Shown here piece by piece: positions 25,800 to 36,726 of a DNA stretch of 64,000 nucleotides. Both the position numbers and the translations under genes were made by a program. Source of the stretch: Sphagnum compactum (taxonomy: Eukaryota); NCBI GenBank assembly GCA_965153455.1, contig OZ234493.1, positions 17,846,213 through 17,910,212 on the forward strand. The letters are read 5' to 3'. The stretch's first letter is position 1. Every line of letters begins with the position of its first letter. The notes beneath the pieces are model-generated. The model had not been told where the DNA came from and ran no database searches. It was given only the letters and a program-made list of their open reading frames with translations.

Positions 25800-27560
25800 T
25801 GTTCGCTCATGGCATCCAATGGACCTTAATCAGTCTTCATCTTGAATGGTTGTTTTACAAATAAATGTTGCTAATGCATTCAACTTGGTGTCACAATCTA
25901 GTGTGATGTTTTAAGAATTATGTCAATGTTGTTGAAGGTGAAATTGTTCAATTCATTTTTTTATTCACACATTTTATGCATTAAAAACTCATTGATACCA
26001 TAATCACCATAATTTGCAAGTTGAGATCATTATCATTCCTTTGACCATGGGTATTCATCAAGGTGACCCTTTTAGTGCCTTCACATGCCCTAGCCTATTT
26101 TAAAGCTCTTGTTCTATCTATTGTGACATGTTTTGTTTCATGTTTATTTCTCACCATTAATGTTGATAGCATTTGCATTTTAAGTCCTCTTTTCTTGGTT
26201 TCCACAACGTTTGAATAATTAAACCACCCAATTTAACACACAATTAATATTATCTTTCATTGAGGATCGTTATTAAAATGGAAGCACAATAAACTGCACA
26301 ACTTTTACTTTGTTAAGGTTTGATGTAAATAGCAACAAAATTTACCATAAAATTGTTCACTTTACATTTCATCTTTTTACATGTGAATGATCAAAGACAA
26401 GATAGTTAATTATTATAAGCTCAATAAAAGGCATGAATGATTTTTATTATACTTTCACCCATTTTGATGTTACTTTTTATTGTTATATGCATGATACATG
26501 ACAAAAGAGGGAACACACATTTTATGTCCACTTTAGCATGCCTACACTCAATAAAATATCTCAAACATGTTGATTTGTTCCATATGTTGGGTAACATGTA
26601 GGTAACTTTTGGGATTTTAACTTAAGGTTTTAGGTAACACCCATCATACATACTTTGATGTATACCTCTAACTTCTAAATTCTCAAAAATTCTTGCATTT
26701 TTTTACATCTTTCAACCTAGTTCTTTTTCAAAGGCCTAGGCATCTCATTAGTCCAAGGTTATTTAACAATCTAGAAGGGATTTAGCTTGTCACCAAACTT
26801 CTCTCCCTATCTTTATAAAGGGCATTGGTCTCATTCCTATAATTGTTGTCACCACCCTAACAACATTTTAAAGGGGTTGGACAATGGTTGTTTCATCTTT
26901 GACCTCTTATTTTTTGCTTCACCACCTTCCTTTCTTGTTGGAGGCTTAAGGACACATCAACTTTACTACCCTTTCTTTCTAATAGCAAATAAAAGGGCAA
27001 TGGGAGTTGTTGCCACCACCTTAACAACACAAGTAAATTTTATGATCTCATGCCCCAAGTGGCTTGTGTTATTTTTCCTTTTTTGAACAACCCATTAAGA
27101 AACAAATAGAACATCTTTAGGACTTTAATATTTTTAAATGTTTACAAGATCACACCTTTTCCACAACATTCTTTCATATGGGATGTCTAATGTTCATCAA
27201 ACATGCATCATTTCATGTTTAAGCATAGCTCACATATGAGATACCCTACCAATGTTCCACGTATCATCAACAATCTTTTCCACCACCCTACAAACCCAAT
27301 CTAGAATGCAATGAAATCATTCTATAATGAATTTCCATTGTGTGTGCACTCAATCCACTGGATACTTATCTATTACAAAATGTTCATGGTAATGAACACA
27401 TAGGGGTGCATGATGTTGTTCAAGTTGATTTTCTGCATTGTTGGGGAGCAATTACCTGTAAATTTTGTTTTTCCTTGTGTTAGACTTATAGTGTTGATTT
27501 TGTCCTCTCTTAAAAGATGGTTTTCACACCTATGTAAAGAACATGTCACAAACCTAGCTT
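25800..27560 (+). mobile_element. Ancient, AT-rich CRE-like non-LTR retrotransposon relic (interrupted)
   Basis: AHGIQWTL..W/VVLQINVANAFNLVS (25806-25893), MGIHQGDPF (~26047-26073), then CVC..VHGNEHIGVHDVVQ (~27340-27423) and VDFVLS..KDGFHT (~27493-27530). This is the RT, zinc-knuckle and RLE motif order. Confidence 0.65.
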
Positions 27561-29732
27561 TGGACTTGCAACCAAAACCAAGCATAACAAGGGTAATGAG
27601 TTGGAAGGATGTCCTAAGACTCAAACACATTTTCACAAATGTGAAAAATGTAAGGTAGTGAGTTTGAACACTCCCAAGGGGATTCCCAATTTAGGAATTA
27701 AGAATTTAAAAATGTCTTGAAAATTCGGAACAAGGTTTGGGGATTGAACCTTGCCCAATGGGTCATCTTTAAATTGCTACAAACTTATTGAATATTATGT
27801 ATCCAAAATCGGATTACATTCTCAATTTGGAGATTTGAAACAAAAGTTATGGCCAATTGAATGGTTGGGAATCAAATTAGCAATTCAATTTCAAACATTA
27901 TATGTTTGAAGAATAGTTGACTTGAAAGCTTGATATGTTGTTGAATTTTAATTTTTAAAACTACCAAAAAAAATTTAATGTTTTTGAAACATAGTCCATA
28001 TGAGAATGTTATGAACTCAAAGGATAGTGAAATTCACAACTTGATAATTTCCAATTTTTCACAAATTTACACCAAATTTTCCATGTATTCCTTGTTGACA
28101 TTTACATCCATATTACAAGGAGGAATATATAGGAAGAAAGTTGTGATTCTTCCCAAGTCTAGGTAATGAGTCATGTGAGTGGCTAAGTTCGTGGTATTAG
28201 GACTCACATAATGTTTATCCATTGTTTAATTTTACATGTTTTTAAATGTGAAATAGAATTTATCTTGAAAATGTTTGATGTATATATACAAAAGTATTTC
28301 TAAAATATTATGGAAACATTTGGGTAAGTTTGAGGCGAATCTAATGGACATAAAATATCCAAAAACATTTTTAAAACAATGTAATTAATGTGTTTGCTAC
28401 TTAATGGAATTCTAAAGGATTTGAAATGATTTGAAAATGATATAATTTTGGGGATTCTTTTTATATTATCGTTACATAATAGTGTAATGCAATACTTTTA
28501 AAGGTCATAATAATTTGATGTCCATTTGTAAATCATGATTCTAAAAATGATATTTCTGAAAAAAAATAAAAATCCAATGTTGCCACGTCATTTTGATAGC
28601 TATCTGGTTTCAAGAAAATAAATAAAAAATTGGGTGTGAGTTGTTTTTTTGTGAATGTTTTCAAGTGTGCATTTCTCATGACTTAATCCATGTGCTAATT
28701 TGGCTCCCACTTGCACTCATTGTCCTCATTCTTGATTTATGCAAATTGACTTCACCTTGAATTCATTTTGATGAGTTCATCCTAATCCCATCCAAAAATT
28801 CTCACAACTTTTTTTTTAATGAGAGTTAAGGAGCATGCCATGGGTTTGCATTCCATTGAAATATTGAGAATTGGTAGGGTTTTTCTACCCCAAATATCAT
28901 TTAACAAACTCAGGGATGCATCACATATTCATCATTGTCAATCCCATCCATCCAAATGTGTTGACCCCAAGCCAATGTTACGTCAAGTAGTTTCATAGCT
29001 TTAAAAGCAATACAACAAAACATGGTTTTTAAATGACATATATTATTGCATGATTGTGTAGTCATACCAAATACCTTGTTTTTACCACTAACCATTTCTA
29101 TGGTTGTAATTGCAAATGCCATTAGTGACATTATCTTCCATGATTATAATAATACAAATTTTGTCATGGAAGACATATGTATCCTAATTACTTGGATGTC
29201 TACAAGATATGGTGGACTAATTTTGGAAAAAAATAAAATCCATTTAAATAATATTTTTCACAAGCCAAAAATGTAAAGTTGTGGATTTGTAAAGATAATT
29301 ATATAATAACTGACTTTTCCAAATAATCATGATTGAAAACCCATTAATGCATTACAAGATAATTGTTTCTGAATTTTTTTATAAAAGTTATACAACGTTC
29401 TTGTCATAAAGGACTTTGCCATTTTCCTTTATTTTTTTGTAATTTAAAAGTCCACAAATTGCGTGTGCCATGTTGAAATTTCTTAGATATTATTAACCAC
29501 ATCATGAAGTCCGGAAAGAAGATGTCACCATTTCATTACAAATTACAATTATGATCATACTCCATTTACAAGGTATATTAATTGTGACGCTACAAGTTGT
29601 AACTTGTATGTGTTAAAAAATCTCCCATTAATGTATAAAAGATTAGGTTTTAAATAATTCCAAGATTGAAGCACACTAAATCATATCAAAATCATGAATA
29701 TGAGTCACTTTCTTACTAACATATCAAATGAA

Positions 29733-29806
29733 GGGCTTATAGTTTGATTGGTTCAAATGCACCGCTCATAATGGTGATATTGTAGGTTCGAATCTTACTG
29801 AGACAT
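29733..29806 (+). pseudogene. trnI: tRNA-Ile(CAU) pseudogene of plant mitochondrial type (small NUMT)
   Basis: GGGCTTATAGTTTGATTGGTTCAAATGCACCGCTCATAATGGTGATATTGTAGGTTCGAATCTTACTGAGAC has a CAT anticodon loop and a GTTCGAATC T-loop, and resembles plant mitochondrial trnI(CAU) as I recall it. The 3' acceptor strand is mutated (TGAGACA versus expected TAAGCCC). Confidence 0.75.
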
Positions 29807-31589
29807 AAAATTTGATTTTTCAACCAAAAGGGTGGAGAAAAAATGACATTATGAAATTCATTTATGGACACATTAGCTTACAAATACCCACCTAGCTTAA
29901 TTAGCTAGCATAGTCACCTATACCTAGGTATTAGCCTACCCTACCTACTTGATACTTAAATAACTACTTACTATCCTAGTTTAGGTAGCTTAATTAGGCC
30001 TAGCCTAAGCAACCTAAGCTAAGATAGATAGCTTATCTAACTTATTCATGTAAAGCTTGTAAGTATGAGAATTTGAACCCCTCACCTCCATGTTAAAGGG
30101 CTAAATCATTAACCATTGTAACACATGTTCATGAAATAATATTATTTCATCATATAATTGTGAATTTTTTCAAAAACCTATATAAGTAGCCTAGCTACCT
30201 ACCTAGAAGTCAAAATTGAACAATATCAATGGGGCTAACTACCTCTTGACTTCCACTACTAGATACTTGTCCCCCAAATTACTACTTTAGACATCTTCTA
30301 TGCTATAGGTTGCTAAAGGATGAATTTTAGTTTAACTCTAGATCATGGAGATCTTAAACTTATTGTTTAACTTGAGACCATTTTCTTCTTTCCCAAATTT
30401 CTGTCCCCTTATTTCCTCGACCCCCTCCCCCTTCTTGGAATAAAGTCTTGCAATTTCATATCATGAAAGCAAACTTTTGATAAATGAGTTCTAGTTACGC
30501 ATATGGTTATATAGATATTCTATTTTCAAATTTGAAATATAATTATATAGAATAAAAATTAATTTGAAGTATTAGAAAAATAAAAATAATAACATGTGTA
30601 CAATAGACTTTGTTGAATTATTATGGTGGGAATACATGTCATTGTGTAGGGAGTAAGGAACATCTTTGGTTTACACTCTAAATAAGAAGAAAACAACGTG
30701 ATAGCAAGAGAAGAGATGTTAACTTGTGTTGGAGTAGATATATTGAAAAGCATGTTACTTTTAAGCATTATGACATTGTGGTGAACAACACTTAAATATC
30801 TCATGATTTTAACTAAAACTAAAAAATTCAAAAAAATATATTGTATAAAAATTTGATTTAAACATAATATTTAAATGAAGTTCAAAATGACTTAAATATA
30901 TGGCTATTAAAAAATTATGTAATAATAGGGTAGACGATGTTAGTGTTCTCTCACATAATGTTCCTAAACAATATCCTTTTTGATGCACCTAGTGTCAAAT
31001 CATAACATAGAGTGTTCTCCTTAGACTTTCAAAATGTAGATGAAATCCCATGAAAATGGTGAAAATCTCTTGAGCACATTCAATATTGAAATACAAATAT
31101 GTAGTGATGACACCCCCTAGTCTCTCGTCTCCACCCTTATTTTGGTTACTAAATTTGTTTGAAAAACATCCTTCTCTATTCCTTAATATCCTATATATAA
31201 GCTTTATAACCCTAGACCAACCAATGTGTTCTCAATGTGACTGTTTTAGTGGCTTATAAAATTATGCAATTCATAAATTGGAAACCAAAATTTCAATTGT
31301 CTTTCTTTGAGAGATCAGTATTTTAGGCCCAAATAAAGAAGACAAGCATAAAAGATCACCAACCTTCAACCACGTTATGGTAATGTATGAAACAAAACTT
31401 TGGGCAGCATCAAGAAAAAGAATTCATTGCCGCACATTCCACCATTTAGACCAACTTCCAAATCCAAATTGGTTTAAGGAAACATTCCAAATGTAACACA
31501 ACATTTACATGCAATCTTAAGGACATCTTGAGGAGGGGGAATCTCATTTTGGGTCGAAACTTGAAAACCATTGAAGAAGATTTTCTTAA

Positions 31590-32300
31590 ATAGTGATAGT
31601 TTGAGTTGAAAAACCAAAATCCAGTCTGTTCAGAACAACTTCAATGAAGCAAACTACTACAATGCAATCTTTGAAATTATTTACTTTGTGATGTGCAAGA
31701 GCTTCAATAACACACCACCCATGTAAGCACATAAATCTCTTGAACAATCTATTTGCAGTGATCTCAAATTCATGCATAGAATAATCTGATCTAGTTGCAA
31801 ATCCTCTTGAATTTTACAGCAACTTGAAAAGTAACGTCATTGTTCAACGAGCACAATTTTCTTGACACATTCTCCAAATGCGTATAGTATCCTCTCCTCC
31901 ATGCTCGGCCATAATTTTCAACAAGGCTTGTTTTTTCCATAAAGATATCACACTCACAACTGTTTTGAATGATTTGTTCATGAGCTTGCCTCCCCTCCTC
32001 AACTGCCACTACACCAACATACTCAACATGAAATTCAGGACCCTCCACAAAGTGACAAGACTTTTGCTCCGTTGCACCTTCTCCTTTTGCAAATTATGTT
32101 ACAATGAAGTTCCAATGTCATTTGCTCTCTTCCCACATTTTCATGTCACATAATCATGCCTGGATGGTTCAAGAGACCACATCACAAAAGGGCATCTTGT
32201 TGAACAACCTTCAAGCATCTTTCCATTCTCTTGCACTCGGCATACATGTCAACAAGACAACTCCCAATAGGGGAGAAAAAGTGGAACAACCCAATTTCGA
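31590..32300 (-). pseudogene. PLS-class PPR protein gene relic
   Basis: VGVVAVEEGRQAHEQIIQNSCECDIFMEKTSLVENYG and other decayed PPR repeats, with stops and frameshifts. Confidence 0.7.
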
Positions 32301-32319
32301 TGATCCAGTCATGTGGTCC

Positions 32320-33070
32320 CGGACAGACAATCATTCAAAGTGGTTGCAAGTCCAATGTCTTTGAGGGTGCAAGAATTATGGTCTCATTGACATCTATCCA
32401 AATGCAAGAGCAAGAAGGATACTTGAAGAGTGTTCAACAAAATGCAACTCCCGCAATATTGTCAATGATCTCTTGGCAAAACCATGATATATATCAGGAC
32501 ATGTGAAAGGCATCTGAACTACTATGTCAACACAAGTTCAATGGGAAGAAGGTGTGCTGCAGTCAGGCCTGTGGCATATCAAAATGTGTGGCTGGGTGGG
32601 ACGTCGGAGGTCTGGAATAGATGTGTGAAGAGTGTAGTAGCACTTGAAGAGGGCAGGCATGTTCATGAACAGATCATTCAAATGCAGTTGCACAACATGT
32701 AGAATCTTTGCAGGCAGCTAGGCTGTAGTAGCCTTGTTGACATGTATGGAGCTAAAATCTGGAAGAATATGATGCTCGAAGATGTGGGTGGTGGGTTGTT
32801 CAAGAAATTGCCTTCACTTGATGTGATCTCTCGGAATGCCATGCTTCTATGACAAAAAAATTTGTGATATGTTGGCAAGAGCTGAAGAAGAAGGCAGCAT
32901 TGGAGAAACTACTTCAACAGATGCAATTGGCATCTGTAGTGGTGCCAAACCTTATCACTTTCATTGGTTGTTTGTATGCATGTGTGCAAGTGTTGGAGGT
33001 ATTGTTGAAGGAGGCAGGCATGCTCATGAGCAGATCATTCAACTGCAGCAGTTGCAAGAAGTGTAACTGC
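32320..33070 (+). pseudogene. PLS-class PPR protein gene relic (opposite orientation)
   Basis: QTIIQSGCKSNVFEG, SVVALEEGRHVHEQIIQ, SSLVDMYGAK, LPSLDVISRNAML, ALEKLLQQMQLASVVVPNLITFIGCLYACA and EGGRHAHEQIIQ; disrupted. Confidence 0.75.
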
Positions 33071-33129
33071 ATTTTGGTGAAGAATGTCAAGAAGAAGGTG
33101 TCAGGACAGATGTCAGAGTTTTTCCCTGA

Positions 33130-33470
33130 TAACCGGTGGTTTTCAAAATTCAATATCTCCTGCACCTTAAGCCAAGAAATTTCCGAATCACGCTCCTTGA
33201 ATCCTACTTCTTTACTTAGAGTGTTCCAACAATACCAAGAACATGGCCACCCTATAAATTTATGTTTTGATTTAAATGAATTTTTAGTAGAAATACTGTT
33301 TAATATTCAATAACTTCTCTATTGTAAGTCAAAACATTCCAAAACCAACTTAGTGCACCCCTACTCATTGAAGGCTTTCCATTGATACCAAGGCTGTGGC
33401 AAGAGATGCCGTGGTCTGAGAGATCTCAAAGTGAAAAGCAAAACAAACACATTACCTTCCTTCATCAATA
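33130..33470 (-). repeat. Dispersed repeat, same family as 40495-40857 (inverted)
   Basis: The reverse complement shares AAGTTGGTTT..TACAAT(A/G)GAGAA(G/A)TTAT..ATTTAAATCA..TCTTGGTAT..GTTGGAA..AGTAGGATT..TAAGGTG..GAGATATTGAATTTTGA with 40495-40750. Confidence 0.7.
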
Positions 33471-34714
33471 AATATTAGGACAGGGTTCTTGCAACATTTA
33501 CCTGTGAACTTTGTTTCTTCAAATAGAACCAGCTATTCTTTTAAAAAAATCTGATAACTTTCATTACTCTGTACCTTCATGCTTGATCTTCTTGGCTACC
33601 TATGTGCCTCTTGATGGGATGCTGTGACAGTGAGTATGGCCTTCATTGCAGGTTAATATGGGGGATGAGGGAGAAACCAATCTCAAAACAAAATTCTTAA
33701 AGTGGGTCTCTCTGGAAATGCCTCATACTTATCTCAACATTCTCTTTGAAATTCACTTCTTTGAAATCATTAGTCATTCATGCTTATATCTTGTTCATTA
33801 TCCTCACTCATCACATTGTCATTCTTTTTGGAGGATGCATATTTATTTTTCCTTTACTTTGTTTGATTTATTATTATTTTTGCATTCTATATCCTGCTTG
33901 TTTAATGTGTTTTGAGTCTGCATGAAAATTTTCTTTGAAAATTCTATGAATGAATTTGATTTGGGTTGAAGTTTCCATATGGTAATTTTTTTTTCTTTCC
34001 ACTGGAATCAAAGCAACACAGAGCCATGGGTTCTTAAGCTTAGCTTTGTATTTGACCTATTACACTCCTTTATACTTGAAGCAAATCACCACTTCTACAT
34101 AAACCTTGCACCAATTTTTCAAGTGTAATTGTAGACCACTTTAGACCACCCTAAACCCCCAAAACTCCAAACATGCCATGCTTTTTCTCTGTGTCTCTCA
34201 ATTCCTCCTACCTAACACATTTTGCTTAATAGAATTACAAACAACCTTGATGAAGGAAAGTCAAACAACAATAGGGAAAACACGTTTCCTAAAGTACCCT
34301 ACTCCCCCCACCACCATCCCCCCAAACTCACGATTCAATCAAAGAAAAATGGCAAACTTGGTACAAGACATGATGAATGTGAACAAAAAATCTAGGGTGA
34401 AAGGCTTATTGTTGAAGGCTTGTCTCCCAAACAATTCAATAAGAACCTCATTTTCTCTTTTAATTGTGAAAAACTTGTGTATTCACAAATTCAACTTATT
34501 ATTATTTTTCAAATCATATTCAAAATCAAAGCAAGAGAATTATACTGATAATTATAATAATATTAGAAAAACATTTATGATTATTTCTAATATTGATGAT
34601 CAGGTATTTGATAGATAATAAATCAGTTGGGAAAAAACAAAAGTTGAACAATATTGTTGTTGTTTTAGTGCTCGATTGTTCTTCAACACAAAAACAGAGC
34701 TTTGCAAAATCGTG

Positions 34715-36335
34715 AAAAGCTCGAATATCAGAAAAGCTCACCTCGAATTGATGTCACAAATCTTAGTTAGAAAATTGCGAAAACAAAGTGCTGGCTGGAA
34801 ACTATATCCGAAAGCTCTCGATCGTATTGCTGTTTCGAATTTCGTTTAGAATGGCGAAAAAAATTGGTGGCCGGAGGTGGAGTTATATCACAAAGCTCGC
34901 TCGAATCGCTGTTGCATATCTTGTTAGAAACTGCAAAAACAAATTTGCTTGCTGAAGGAATTATTGTATCAGAAAGCTCTCGCCCCAATTGCTGTTGCAA
35001 GTGTTGTTAGAAACTGCAAAAACAAATTGGCGGCTGAAGGAATCATATCAGAAAGCTTGCTCCAATTCATGTCGCAATTTTTTTGGTAACAACTGCAAAA
35101 AACGAAGTGCTGGCTAGAGGAAGTATACCAGAAAACTCGCTCGAATTCATGTTGCAAGTTTTGTTAGAACCGCGAAAACAAAGTACTTATTGTATCAGGA
35201 TGCCCGCTCGAATTCATGTCGCAGTTTTTTTTAGAACTGCAACCAAAAACAAAAAATCGCTTGCTGGAGGAATACAATCAGAAAGCTCGCGCTCGAATTG
35301 CGATGTCGCAAATCTTGTTACAACTGCAAAAAAAACACAATGTGATGGCTGGAAATATCAGAAAGCTCTCGATCGAATTGCTGTCGCAACTTTCGATTAG
35401 AATTGCGGAAAACAAATATTGCTGGCTGGAGGAATGATATCAGGATTCAGAAAAGAAAACACCGCTCAAAATGATGTCGCAAATTTAGTTAGAAATCTCG
35501 AAAACAAACTGCGGGCTGGAAATATCAGAAAGCTCTTGATCGAATTGATGTTGCGAAAATTTCGTTTGGAATTGCGAAAACAAAACATTGCTGCCTGGAC
35601 TCTGGAGGAATAGCACTATCAGAAAGCTCGGTCGAATTGATGTCGCAAATCTACTTAGAAAATTGCGAAAGTAAAATTGCTGGCAGGTGGAGGAAGAATT
35701 ACCTCTGTGATCAGAAAGCTCGATCGTTGGAATGGCTTTCGCAAATGTCGTTTACAATTGCGAGAAACGAAATCGCTGCTGGCTGGAGTAATATTACCAT
35801 CAGAAAGCTCGCTCGAATTGAGGTCGCAAATAAGAACTTTGTCACAACAACAACAACAGGAATCATGTCAGAAAGCGTCGCTCGAATCGATACATCTCGC
35901 AAATAAGAACTTTGTTACATGTGCAAAAAACAGGAATCGTGTTAGAAAGCTCGCTCGAATTCCGCAATTTTAGCAAAGAACCCCGAAATCAAATCGCCGA
36001 TGGACCATCAGAAAGCTCGCTCGAATTGACGTGGCAATTTCTAGTTAGAACTGCAAAAAACAAATCTCTGGCTGGAAATCTGAGAAGCTCGAAATCGATG
36101 TCTCGGAGAAACATGAGAGGCTCTCGAATTGATGTCGTCGCAACATCTAGGTAGTCCCTAAGTGCGAAGAAAAAAAATTCTGACTGGAGGAAGAACATCA
36201 GAAAGCTCGCTAGAATCGATATCTCGGAAATCTAGTTTAGAAAGGAGAAAAACAAATGATCGCTGACTGGAGGAAGAATATCAGAAGAAACTCGAATTGA
36301 CGATGCCACAAATTCAGGTACAAGTGCGAAAACAA
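34715..36335 (+). repeat. Degenerate tandem array, ~80-bp unit, ~20 copies
   Basis: The core ATCAGAAAGCTCGCTCGAATTGATGTCGCAAATCTTGTTAGAAACTGCAAAAACAAA..GCTGGCTGGAGG recurs at about 34729, 34809, 34889, 34970, 35049, 35129, 35279, 35359, 35526, 35620, 35712, 35801, 35869, 35944, 36009, 36198 and 36282. Confidence 0.9.
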
Positions 36336-36726
36336 AGAAGAAGAACAAGAAGAAGAAGAAGCAGCAGGATTGATGTGAAGGTCGAGTTCTTACCAGGATT
36401 TTTGGCGATGTCACAATTGAATTGAGAAGCGCGGAGCAGCAAATTGCGTGATGAATACTCAGGAGAAAGGATGGAGAAATCGAGAGAGAGGCGGCGGGAT
36501 CGTCGGTCGTAGACTAGGCCGGGGTGAGGAGGGAGCTGGAGAATAACAAAAGAAGAAAGGAAAGCGCAGGGCTGTCTTATCTAGGCAACACGTGTCGAGA
36601 TAAGCAGCCTGGGGGTAGCAACAAACAAAAAGAAAGGGAGCGGAAGAGGGGGTGGGATTTGAGAGGAGGGAAGAAAGGAAACCAAACGGCAGCTATGGCG
36701 GAGGAGCTCGATACCACAAAACCAAG

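Noticed and set aside
34715-36335. CRISPR-like repeat-spacer array
   Set aside because: The sequences between cores are homologous to each other rather than unique spacers, the repeats are degenerate, the context is eukaryotic and there are no cas genes.
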